Assembly (NCBI GenBank): GCA_949296805.1
Contig: CASFPO010000049.1
Location: forward strand, 1 to 57,097
Length of the DNA: 57,097 bases
Direction of reading: 5' to 3'
From: an uncultured Bacillota bacterium
Lineage (GTDB): Bacteria > Bacillota > Clostridia > Christensenellales > UBA1242
The notes under the pieces were generated by a model. That model did not search any database and was not told the DNA's origin. It was given only the letters and a program-made list of their open reading frames with translations. How positions within the stretch are numbered: position 1 is the first letter of the stretch; each line of letters opens with the position of its first letter. Positions 40,283 through 49,880 of the stretch are shown here, in pieces. The translations under genes were made by a program, and so were the position numbers.

Positions 40283-40963
40283 ATGAAAAGGCGGTGCAAT
40301 ATGACTAGACAACAATATATTTGGAGACAGCAAGAAAAACACAAAGAATATGAAAACATAAACGCATTGGTTCACCAAATGGTAAAGTTAAGTGGATTTG
40401 TGTTAGAGCCTATCATTTTAGGTGAAGTCTTTTTTAGATATTTACAACAACAAAAAGCAAGTGATAAGAATAAACAGACGGCACGCAATATGTCAAAAGT
40501 TTTTTCTATACTCTGTCAATATAACTTTATCAATGGAAAACTTTATTACAATGAAAATGGTTTTTCAGTTTCTCCAAGTGTTTGGCAAAAACATTGTATA
40601 GGTAGGGACGCACTTGATACAAGCATAAAAAAACTTAAAGCTATGAATTTGATTGATTTTGATAACTCTTGCTATTACGGCAAAAAAGAAAGACGAAAAA
40701 GATTTTACACAGTCAATAGAAACGGACTTGAATATCTTTTACACCAAGCAGAGAAAATCAAAGGCGAAGAACACGAGCAAGATTTACAACTTTACGAAGA
40801 TTTTTTAGACTACACAAATCGCAAAGACTTTGACACTGCTTACCAAGAAGAACAAGCATTCAAAGAATATAAAGCACAAAGAAAATGCGGTGCTATCAAA
40901 GTTGCACCAAAAGAAATAAAAAGTTTTCAAAAAAATTTAGAGAATTTAGAAGAAATCATATAG
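40283..40963 (+). CDS. Winged-helix protein, putative replication initiator of the element
   Basis: IGRDALDTSIKKLKAMNLI...KRFYTVN wHTH pattern; followed by ~480 nt of non-coding DNA with hairpins and short repeats. Alternative start at 40301. Confidence 0.5.
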   Translation: MKRRCNMTRQQYIWRQQEKHKEYENINALVHQMVKLSGFVLEPIILGEVFFRYLQQQKASDKNKQTARNMSKVFSILCQYNFINGKLYYNENGFSVSPSVWQKHCIGRDALDTSIKKLKAMNLIDFDNSCYYGKKERRKRFYTVNRNGLEYLLHQAEKIKGEEHEQDLQLYEDFLDYTNRKDFDTAYQEEQAFKEYKAQRKCGAIKVAPKEIKSFQKNLENLEEII

Positions 40964-41451
40964 TTGCCGAAATGAATCCCGTATACTTTAATACTAAAGG
41001 GTACGATTGCTTGATGAAAGCCGAAGAAAAGAAGTTGAAAAGTTGTAAAAGAAATTAGTTGAAGAATAGAGAAAGTCAGCCACCCCGCAGGTTTTGGGTG
41101 GTTTTTTCTATATGTTATCTATATGGTGTCTATATATTGTGGGTATATAGTTTTATCAATTTTAACTCCCAAAATACATACAAAACACAAAGTTTTATCC
41201 TTTTATACATAAGTGTATGCAACTATTGCCGTTATACAGATTTTATAAGTTTTACGAAATGCTTGTAAATTTTTTCATTTTGTGCTATCATAAAGTTGCG
41301 ACACAATTGAATAGTTTTACCCAAAGAGTGAAAGATTTTTTTGCTATTCATACAAATGCTTCCACACCCTTTGGGTTCAATTGTGTCGCAGCAATTGGAA
41401 GGTTTGTTTTTGGATAGACTGTGCCTTCCGTTTGGGAGGCACTTTTATTTT

Positions 41452-42105
41452 ATGGAAAAGAAAGGTTTTGTTTATATTTTAACCAACCCTTGTTTCAAAG
41501 AAAATTGGGTAAAGATTGGACAAACAGACAATTTAGATAGAAGAATTTGGGAACTTTCTCAAGCAACAGGAATTCCCTTGCCTTTTGAAATGTATGCAGT
41601 ATTAAAAACTACTAAATATAAACAAGCAGAATATATGATACATAGACTTATTGGTAAACTTGCACCCGATAAACGCATAAACCCAAAACGAGAATTTTTC
41701 AACATTGAACCAGAAGATGCGGTTTCAATTATGAAAGATATTGCAAGCCTTATTGATGACGCTGAAATTATTTACAATGAAAAAATAACTATTGAAAAAA
41801 CATCAAAACAACACGGAAAGAAAGCCCCACCAAAAACATTTTATAGTATGGGCATAAAAAATGGAGACATAATAGAATTTACACTTGACCCACAATATAA
41901 GGCAACGGTGTGTGGAGAGCGAACTGTAATGTTTGAAAACAAAGAATACTTTTTAACCCCACTTGGAATTATACTCTTGCAAAGAGTTGGACATAGCGAA
42001 GAACAAGCAAGGCAACTTGGAAGCGGTTTTGGAGTTTTCAAATTTGATAATCAAGACAACAACCTTTATGACCGTTGGGAAAGGTTAAACGGAAATAAAT
42101 ATTAA
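41452..42105 (+). CDS. GIY-YIG (T5orf172-like) domain protein with a C-terminal beta domain
   Basis: GFVYILTN, VKIGQT, RIWEL, TGIPLPF, KREFF motifs; start at 41452 behind GGAGG. Confidence 0.85.
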   Translation: MEKKGFVYILTNPCFKENWVKIGQTDNLDRRIWELSQATGIPLPFEMYAVLKTTKYKQAEYMIHRLIGKLAPDKRINPKREFFNIEPEDAVSIMKDIASLIDDAEIIYNEKITIEKTSKQHGKKAPPKTFYSMGIKNGDIIEFTLDPQYKATVCGERTVMFENKEYFLTPLGIILLQRVGHSEEQARQLGSGFGVFKFDNQDNNLYDRWERLNGNKY

Positions 42106-42295
42106 GCAATTTACCGCCTGCCCTCGTTGTTTATCGATTGCTTTCTTGTTTTATCTCAACTCAATAAAATATACCACAAAGAGAAAAAGACACTGCCAAG
42201 CAAAGATTTAAGAAAACAAAAAAGTTTAGGTTGCAAGGCTTTACAGCCGTATTTTGCTTTAATATAATCAAACTAAATTAAAAGGAGAAAAGTTT

Positions 42296-42511
42296 ATGAA
42301 ATGGATAAAATGGCTTAATCTCGCTCAAACAATTTTACTAGTTATTGTTGGCATTTTACTTGTTAATTTTAAGACTATCACAGAAGCGGGAATGATAGTA
42401 TTTGAAATATTCGTTATATTATCTCTTGTTTTGTCTATTGTAATGCTTGTTATGCACTTTAAGAAAAACAAAAAGCAAAAGAAAGAAGAAAAACCGAGCG
42501 AAGAAAAATAG
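42296..42511 (+). CDS. Small two-TM membrane protein
   Basis: AAGGAG RBS, TTGCAA/TATAAT-like promoter upstream, two TM helices and a charged tail. Confidence 0.7.
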   Translation: MKWIKWLNLAQTILLVIVGILLVNFKTITEAGMIVFEIFVILSLVLSIVMLVMHFKKNKKQKKEEKPSEEK

Positions 42512-42841
42512 ATTACACTAAACCCACTATTTATATATTATAGTGTGCGGGAAACCACACATATTTTGAAAAGTTTAGGTCAAATCTCTTTACATTGCTC
42601 AATGCCTATTCTATACTTTATTGTGGGGAACAAAAGATATTTCAAAATTTTTTTAGAAAAAGTATTGACTTACGATAAAGTATGTGATAATATACTGGCA
42701 TACGCTTGTGGAACAAAATGTAAAAAACATTTTGGATACCGCTTTATGACAGGTTTTATTATAAAGGCATCGTTAAAACCAAAAAATTGGTTTTTGCGGT
42801 GTCTTTTTTGTTTCTCCGCAAAGACTTAAAAGGAGGTTAAA

Positions 42842-42970
42842 GTGAAAAGAAAAACACAAGTTATTATTATTGAAAATCACAATCACAAAGAAATTGGAAT
42901 TCCATTTTATCAATTTATTTTAAAAACATTACAAAATCAAAAAGGAGAAACAAAAAATGAAGAAAAATAG
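42842..42970 (+). CDS. 42-aa ORF overlapping the recombinase start (not in the ORF track)
   Basis: AAAGGAGG RBS and GTG start; MKRKTQVIIIENHNHKEIGIPFYQFILKTLQNQKGETKNEEK*. Confidence 0.55.
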   Translation: MKRKTQVIIIENHNHKEIGIPFYQFILKTLQNQKGETKNEEK

Positions 42971-44768
42971 AATATTAAACGATAAACAAAAATATGTTGT
43001 GGGTTATTGCCGTTTTAGTAGTGATAATCAAGGAATAGAAAGCATAGAAGGACAACAAAAGGAAATTTTAAGATATGTAGAGAATAATGGTTTGATACTT
43101 TTAAAATGGTATGTTGATGAAGCAAAAACAGGAACATCAGCAAATAGGAAATCATTTTTACAAATGATTGAAGATGGTAAAAAACAAGAATTTGGACAAG
43201 TCCTTGTTTATCAATTAGATAGATTTGCAAGAGATGAAGAAGATAAGGTTATCCATTTTGTAAGTTTAAGAAAAAATGGTATTAAAGTAGTTTCTGTAAC
43301 TGAACATTTTGACGACACGCCAGAAGGAAAGCTAATGGAAGCAGTTGTGAGTGGTATCGCCGCATATTATTCAAGAGATTTGGCGAGAAAGACACTGCGA
43401 GGTATGAAACTTAATGCTGAAAAAGGATTTAGTAATGGTGGCACAACTCCATATGGTTATAAACTTGTCCCAAGACTTGACGAAAACAATAAACCTATGT
43501 TCCACAAAAAAGGTCACGCGTTACACAATATAGCAATCAACCCAGAACAAGCAGAAGCAGTTAAAATTATGTTTGATATGACAATAAAAGGTTATACAAG
43601 GCACGAAATTATAGAGCAACTAACCAAACAAGGTTTTAGAAAAGAAAACGGCGAAAAGATAACAGGAACTTTTATTGACCATATATTAAGAAATGAAAGA
43701 TATACGGGTGAATATTGGTATTACTATAACAAAAAGAACATAAATTTTAACCCAGAAAGTGATGATTATAGAATTCGTATCACAAAAGGTTTTGACCCTA
43801 TTATTTCAAAAGAAGATTTTAATACTGTTCAAAAAATCTTGGAAACAAGAAGACACAAAACACCAACAAATGCACAAGAAGATTACTTATTAACTGGCAA
43901 AATTATATGTGGAGAATGTGGTTCAAATTATAACGGAATGCGATGTAAAAGACACGGAAGACCCTATGTTTATTATCAATGCACTGACCAACATAGTTAT
44001 AAAAACGGACAAAAAAGAGAAAAATATTGCCATAATAACACAATTCGTAGAGATGAGATTGAAAAACTTGTTATAGATAAAATTAAAGAAATTGTCTTTA
44101 CTGATAATCTAGTTGAACAAGTTTTAGATAACTATAACAAATTTGCCATTGAAGAAAGTAAAAATAATTCTATGATTGAAATGCTTGAAAACAAAATAAA
44201 AGACTATGATAATCAAATGAAAAACATTACTAATGCTATCGGTCAAAATACTGCAAGTTATTCAATACAAGTGCTACTTGATAGATTACACGAACTTGAA
44301 CAAAATAAAAAACAAACAACAGAATTACTTGAAAAAGAAACGATTGGAAATAATTCTTTAACCACAACCGTAAAAGAAATATTAAAAGTTTATCAGAAAG
44401 CTCAAAAAATTCTTGATGGAGATGATATTCCAGCAAAACGAGCTATTATAAACAACTTTCTTAATAAAGTAGTTGTCAAACAGGATACAGTTGAAGTTTA
44501 CCTTAATTTATTGCCTTTAACTTGCTCTGCTTTCCTTGATATTGACATATTAAAAAATAACTTATTTATGGGAGATTTAAGTGTTGGAGATTGGGATTTT
44601 GCTGAATACCCAGATTACCCAATTACAACATTAAAACAATATAGGGAGTATAAAGAAAAACCCAGCACAAGATTTATTCCATCTTTTACTGGGCTAAATA
44701 CAATTGGCTCCCCAGGTAGGATTCGAACCTACGGCCTATCGGTTAACAGCCGAGCGCTCCACCACTGA
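42957..44768 (+). CDS. Large serine recombinase
   Basis: YCRFSSDNQ catalytic motif, LDRFAR, PYGY, recombinase domain, LLTGKIICGECG zinc ribbon, coiled coil. The last 20 codons run antisense through tRNA-Asn. Confidence 0.95.
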   Translation: MKKNRILNDKQKYVVGYCRFSSDNQGIESIEGQQKEILRYVENNGLILLKWYVDEAKTGTSANRKSFLQMIEDGKKQEFGQVLVYQLDRFARDEEDKVIHFVSLRKNGIKVVSVTEHFDDTPEGKLMEAVVSGIAAYYSRDLARKTLRGMKLNAEKGFSNGGTTPYGYKLVPRLDENNKPMFHKKGHALHNIAINPEQAEAVKIMFDMTIKGYTRHEIIEQLTKQGFRKENGEKITGTFIDHILRNERYTGEYWYYYNKKNINFNPESDDYRIRITKGFDPIISKEDFNTVQKILETRRHKTPTNAQEDYLLTGKIICGECGSNYNGMRCKRHGRPYVYYQCTDQHSYKNGQKREKYCHNNTIRRDEIEKLVIDKIKEIVFTDNLVEQVLDNYNKFAIEESKNNSMIEMLENKIKDYDNQMKNITNAIGQNTASYSIQVLLDRLHELEQNKKQTTELLEKETIGNNSLTTTVKEILKVYQKAQKILDGDDIPAKRAIINNFLNKVVVKQDTVEVYLNLLPLTCSAFLDIDILKNNLFMGDLSVGDWDFAEYPDYPITTLKQYREYKEKPSTRFIPSFTGLNTIGSPGRIRTYGLSVNSRALHH

Positions 44769-44779
44769 GCTACTGGGGA
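44705..44779 (-). tRNA. tRNA-Asn(GTT)
   Basis: Minus strand reads TCCCCAGTAGCTCAGTGG...GGCT-GTT-AACCG...GGTTCGAATCC...TGGGGAGCCA. Confidence 0.96.
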
Positions 44780-45138
44780 ATATTGAATAATTACCCTTCT
44801 CCTACCCCCTACACTTTCAGTCTTTTACCAATCTTTTTATGAGGGAAATATGAGGCAAACATTCCATAAAGGAATGATTGCTCTATTATAATATCAAATA
44901 ATTTTTTCTTTGTCAACAATTTTTTTAAATTTTTCCAGATTTCTTTTTGATAATATTTTATGCTTTTTTATGATATAAATACCTAGTCGCGTTTACCCCA
45001 TTGTTTATCTTTTCTTGCCTTTGTCTTCACTTAAATTTGCTTGCCTCTTTATTATTGCGGTATTGCTTCCATCATTGACTTTCCTTAAATTTCAAAACAC
45101 CTTATTGTTATGTTTTGCAAACTTTTATACGCCTAACA

Positions 45139-45666
45139 TCATATTTCTAACTCGCTACACAATTTATCCATTATTTTGTTGTGTGTCTCTGTGTTTTGCC
45201 TCTGTCCTAAATCAAGACCTCGGAAGTATGGAATAAAAATACTGCTATCTCCCACTTTGTATGATAATTCTATTCGCTCCGAACTATATGATTCTTCTAT
45301 TTTTCTATTAGTAGGGTCAACCAAAACCCATTTGCCATTAATATAACACTCGCAAAAAGCATGTCCTTTATGAGTCTTAAAGGCTTGGTTCTTCTTTAAC
45401 TTGAGTAGCCAATTATACTCCGCAGTATGCAAAAAAGTTGTGGCAAAACCTAGTTGGCGAGCAAAGGTAACAAATAAATTAGCGTAATCGGTACAACCAC
45501 TCGTCTTTCCACTTTCCCAAATTTCTTTGGCAGACCGCATAAATTTTTGCTTTTGAATGCTTTCTTCTTGCGAGTATTTTACACAATGATTGATCCACAA
45601 ACAAAGACCATTTAAAAGTTCCAAACTGGTTTCATCTTTTTGCTTATTTTTCAAATCAGTTGCCAC
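45139..45666 (-). CDS. Transglutaminase-like protein, possibly N-terminally truncated
   Basis: GCTDYA / GHAF / WVLVDPT Cys-His-Asp triad; weak GTG start. Confidence 0.7.
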   Translation of the reverse strand: MATDLKNKQKDETSLELLNGLCLWINHCVKYSQEESIQKQKFMRSAKEIWESGKTSGCTDYANLFVTFARQLGFATTFLHTAEYNWLLKLKKNQAFKTHKGHAFCECYINGKWVLVDPTNRKIEESYSSERIELSYKVGDSSIFIPYFRGLDLGQRQNTETHNKIMDKLCSELEI

Positions 45667-45934
45667 TTTTCTGTAAACATAATCCCTATCTAAAAAGGTT
45701 GCGATAGAACCCCAAAATTTTTATACTGTTCAACATCCTCGAAATTATTAAGTGCTTTCATCAAAATGTTCGCTCCTTCTTAAAATATTGCAAATAGTGA
45801 TAATATATTAAATAATTTTCAGTTAAGTTTCTGTTTTTCTCAATTAAACAAACTTTTTCTTTTATTTTTACGCACGCTTTATAAATTTAAAAATTCAAAG
45901 CTCTATTTTGCGATAAAACTATAAATTTTAGTAT

Positions 45935-46468
45935 TTATTTGTATATATCTGACTTTAAAATTTCATAATATACTACATCATGATATTTATCAAACTTAAA
46001 CTCGTGTTCTCTCATTATGCCAACATATTTCATTCCAATTTTTTGCATAACTTTTCCACTTGCTGGATTAATATCCATATGCCTAGCATAAATGCTATTT
46101 AAATTTAAATTGTCAAACCCATATTCTACGATGGCTTTCGCTGCTTCTGTTGCTATTCCTCTGTTCCAGTATTTTTTTGCCACCCAATATCCTAACTCCG
46201 CTTTGTTTGAAGGTCTTTTAACGCTCAAACTAATGCTACCAACAACTTCATTAATATTTTCTTTTAATGCTATTGCAAAGGTGTATGCCGTTTGATCGTC
46301 AATTGCCTTTGAGGTATGTTTAATAAAGCTTTTTGCATCTTCAAGTGTGTATGGAAAAGGCATAGCTTATGTTGTCTTAGCCATATTAATGTCATTGCAC
46401 GCTTCGTAAACTTTTTTAGCATCTGCATCTTTGAACAGCCTCATTATAAGCCTATTTGTTTCTATCAT
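45935..46468 (-). pseudogene. RimJ/RimL-type GNAT acetyltransferase with an in-frame stop
   Basis: The ATG at 46468 (AGGAG RBS) gives MIETNRLIMRLF...; TAA at 46367-46369; the frame resumes with ELGYW, WNRGIATEA, NPASGKVMQKIGM. Confidence 0.8.
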
Positions 46469-46792
46469 AATTTCTCCTAATAAATTTATAGCATATGCAA
46501 ATTTGCTTGTCAAGAAAAATTATAACTTACAAAATTGGTAACACAAAAGTAAAAAAAAATCCCCGATTTGTTCTAAAACTAAAAATGTTGCTGAATTCTT
46601 GGTTCAAAAGAGCAACTAAAATGTAAACAATATTGTATTACAGTATGGACATATAAATTACATCATTATTCCACATACACCATGTATAACAATTTAAAAC
46701 GATACAAACTAAAAAGATTCCAATCTTTGCAGTGGAGATAAAAAACTCAATAAGAAAAGGTTGGTTGAGCATATCTGTCGGTTAGACCACTA

Positions 46793-47101
46793 TTATTCCA
46801 TATAGCTCACTTTTTTACCCGTTTTTATTGCATATTCAATTTCTGATTTTGTGCTTTCTCCAATATATCCACCCTTATTTATAACAAAAACTTCGTCAGC
46901 CATATCTATTTTTCTTTTATGCATATCGTCAAGCATTTCTTTTGTATTTTCTGTCCAAACCTCGTCATTACCAGAATGACCAAATAGACCTACAGAAATA
47001 ACAATATTACCTTCAAGCGTAAGTCTTTTTTGTTCTTTTAAAAAATCATCTTTAAATTTAGTGCTACCACAAAGAGTAATAACTTTATATTTCCCAACCA
47101 T
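46793..47101 (-). CDS. Small nucleoside-deoxyribosyltransferase-like (flavodoxin-fold) protein
   Basis: ITLCGSTKF, HKRKIDMADEVFVIN, GYIGESTKSEIEYA motifs. Confidence 0.6.
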   Translation of the reverse strand: MVGKYKVITLCGSTKFKDDFLKEQKRLTLEGNIVISVGLFGHSGNDEVWTENTKEMLDDMHKRKIDMADEVFVINKGGYIGESTKSEIEYAIKTGKKVSYME

Positions 47102-47505
47102 ACCTTACCTCTAAGCATATTTTATCACAATTATAAAAAATCTCCAATTAAAAAACACGAACTCTAACAAATTCCTAAAGTTTGTATTTTCACTAATGGT
47201 GGGCGTTAGATTGTCGAACCGTACCAAATATGCCCTAAAATAAAGGGTTTTAGCAATTTGAAGGTATCTATTTTGTCATTTTTCAAACTGCCTTAAATTT
47301 AGATAAATACTGTTATATCTCTCGCCAAATCAAAACTTTTAAATTTTGTTTTATACACTTTTTCATAGTGTTCTTTTTTTATTATATCATAGTTTGTGTA
47401 ATTGTCAAAATAAAGAAAACAATCTCTATTTTGAATATGGTTGTCAATATGAAAAAATTGCTGTTGACGATTTTGAAACAGTAAACGATTAAAAGGAGAA
47501 AAATT

Positions 47506-47793
47506 ATGTGCGAAATACAAATGGTTATTGGCTCTTGGGGTTCATACAATGAATGCAACGAAAGAGCATTAGGTTCAAAATGGCTAAATCTTTCAGATTA
47601 TGAAGATTGGAACGAGGTTGAACCATTACCTTCAAAAAGTATTATTCCTGACAATATAGCCGAATTGGAACAAAAAGCAATAGATAAATTAGAACTTTTA
47701 ACCGAAGATGATATAAACAAAAATACTAACTTATCATTTTTCTGTTCAAATCAATATTTTGCAATTAAATCAAAACGAAACAAAAAAACATAG
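47506..47793 (+). pseudogene. Probable ArdA-like antirestriction protein N-terminal fragment fused to unrelated sequence
   Basis: IGSWGSYNE...GSKWLNLSDYEDW resembles the ArdA N-terminus; similarity stops after ~40 aa; AAGGAG RBS. Confidence 0.45.
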
Positions 47794-47850
47794 AGAACTC
47801 AAAACTCTATGCTTTTTTGTAAAAATTCGAGCAAAAAACAATTATTGCGA

Positions 47851-48639
47851 TTATTTTATAATTTTAGGGTCTATTCCATTAATACCATATTTACTATATT
47901 CTATAGCAGGGACATTACCTAAGTCTTGCAACATCCTTAATAATTTAAAATAAGTAAATATCAATGGTGAATTTTCTTTATCTGTTATAATATTAAAATT
48001 CGCCAAATAAATTGGTTTATCATAAAATTTAGAAATCTCTGCATTATGTTTTATTTCACATGCATAGCAGGATAGACAGCAAATAAAATCAATTTCTTCA
48101 TTTTTAGATTTTGTAATTTCCGAAATATTCTTTTTTAAATTTTCCTCAACATTACCTACAGCCCATGAGCTTTTATATGTTAAAAGACCGCCAATTATTA
48201 TAGGTGCAGGTTTACCAATTTCATATCCTCTTATTGTATTAATTGGTGCTGATGTTCGAATAAGAGATTTTACACTATTAATTTTATTTTTGCAATAAAT
48301 TAATTGTTCCTTGCTTAAATCTTGTTTTACTTCAAATACAGCATAAACACTTTCTGCAGGAATGTACTTTTGTCCGTTGTTTTCAAATATTTTTGGTGAA
48401 AAGTGAGTATCGTATATAACAATATCCATTTGATCGCTACAATTTCCTTCGCAATCTATTACAAAAGCCTTTTCAGCACAATATCTTTTGGGGAAATTTT
48501 CATTAAACCATTTTCTCCATTCTTCTTCAGTTGCATCTCCTTTTGTCGGAGCATGCTCAAACCCATCATTTAATCCAAAGCTTGCCAGCATTTGGGCTTG
48601 TTTTAATTTAAATAATTCCTTAATGTCAACTTTTCTCAT
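47851..48639 (-). CDS. nucC: CBASS effector endonuclease, NucC-like
   Basis: HAPTKGDATE..W, P.RY, SDQMDIVIYD, YIPAESVYAVFEVKQ, LGNVPAIEY..Y; 7 nt downstream of the CD-NTase. Confidence 0.85.
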   Translation of the reverse strand: MRKVDIKELFKLKQAQMLASFGLNDGFEHAPTKGDATEEEWRKWFNENFPKRYCAEKAFVIDCEGNCSDQMDIVIYDTHFSPKIFENNGQKYIPAESVYAVFEVKQDLSKEQLIYCKNKINSVKSLIRTSAPINTIRGYEIGKPAPIIIGGLLTYKSSWAVGNVEENLKKNISEITKSKNEEIDFICCLSCYACEIKHNAEISKFYDKPIYLANFNIITDKENSPLIFTYFKLLRMLQDLGNVPAIEYSKYGINGIDPKIIK

Positions 48640-48646
48640 TTACTTA

Positions 48647-49489
48647 TTACCATACAATTTTGTTCATAGTTACTTCATTACCATAGTCGTAACTTAAAGA
48701 ATCAATTGCTGCCTTCCTTATATTTTCTTTTTCTGAATATGTCAATGTATCTGCTATATTATTATTAGTATTAGCAGGATCGATAATTCTTCTATAAAGT
48801 ATAGTATCTCTCAATGTTTCAAAAACTTTTTTAACATTATTATAAAGAGATGAAGTTCTTTGATGTTTTAAAACTTCACAAGTTATAATTTCGATTGCAA
48901 TAGATGGCAATTCAAGATTGTGGCAATCTCTCCAAATTTTTAAAACCATCATTTCATCCGTTAATCCACTATTTCTTACCATGTCGATATGCAATTGGAT
49001 GTTTGTTAATGTATTACTATCATTTTTTCTTGAATAAATATTATGGTCATTATAATATCTATAATTTACATATGTAGAGTGATTCACTCTTTTTCCCGGA
49101 GTAACATCAATGCTACACCCATTATATGTAATTCCAATGGAAACATTTTGTTTACGTAAAGAATTTGTGGCGAAGCGTGGCTTTAAAAACGAGTAGAGGT
49201 CTTCATAATATTCCTTTACAGTATGTTGATTGTTTGGATCAGTAATGGATACAAAAATATCAACATCAGACTTGCCTTTAATTGCATCTCCCTTTGCTTT
49301 TGACCCAGATTTCATAGTTTCAATTGTTATACCGTTTCCCCAGTAATAATTTTGTGAATTATATTGTTGTTTCCATTGGTTAATTAGATCACAAAGATAT
49401 CTATAAGATTGTTCTTCATTACGATTGTATTGATAGTTGTTTGATTTTTTGTATAATAAATTTCTCAAATAATCATTTACGGTCTCCAT
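48647..49489 (-). CDS. cGAS/DncV-like nucleotidyltransferase (CD-NTase)
   Basis: SGSKAKGDAIKGKSDVDIF, RKQNVSIG, IDVTPG, PSIAIE, DPANTNNNI motifs; start at 49489 behind AAGGAG. Confidence 0.9.
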   Translation of the reverse strand: METVNDYLRNLLYKKSNNYQYNRNEEQSYRYLCDLINQWKQQYNSQNYYWGNGITIETMKSGSKAKGDAIKGKSDVDIFVSITDPNNQHTVKEYYEDLYSFLKPRFATNSLRKQNVSIGITYNGCSIDVTPGKRVNHSTYVNYRYYNDHNIYSRKNDSNTLTNIQLHIDMVRNSGLTDEMMVLKIWRDCHNLELPSIAIEIITCEVLKHQRTSSLYNNVKKVFETLRDTILYRRIIDPANTNNNIADTLTYSEKENIRKAAIDSLSYDYGNEVTMNKIVW

Positions 49490-49880
49490 ACTTTTCTCCT
49501 TGCCTACCCAATATAAGACATTATAACATATTTTCAAAATTTTTCAATATTCAAAACAAAAAAGAAAAATATTCTTACTAATTTTTGTATCATTTAATTG
49601 TATATCAAACATTAAATGATATTTTAAAAAAGTTATCATTTATTTCATTATAGTAATTTAAAACATGGTTAAAGAGAAAAAATTATTTAAGTTTCTTTTA
49701 GTTTAAATTGACTTTATCTATTTTTAAAATTCTTTAATTAAATCATAAGCATTAATTTTATAAATAAAAAACGTACCAAAGAGCATTTGGTACGTTAAAA
49801 GAATTCATGGCGGCACCAACACTATCCAGATTGAACTAAAATTCTGTAATAATTGTATTTTAAAGATTTTATCTAGATAG

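Larger units (their letters stand above)
40080..44714. mobile_element. ~4.6-kb integrative element at the tRNA-Asn 3' end
   Basis: Direct repeat TGGCTCCCCA at 40080-40089 and 44705-44714; all internal genes on the + strand against a minus-strand background; contains a large serine recombinase. Confidence 0.85.

Noticed and set aside
39868-40359. ORFs 39868-40092 (-), 40138-40359 (-) and 40036-40308 (+) as independent genes
   Set aside because: They lack an RBS and cross a terminator or att site, or lie antisense to the element's genes. The + ORF matters only as the possible alternative recombinase tail.
40080-44714. Prophage
   Set aside because: No structural, packaging or recognisable lysis genes; the small two-TM protein alone is not enough to call a holin.
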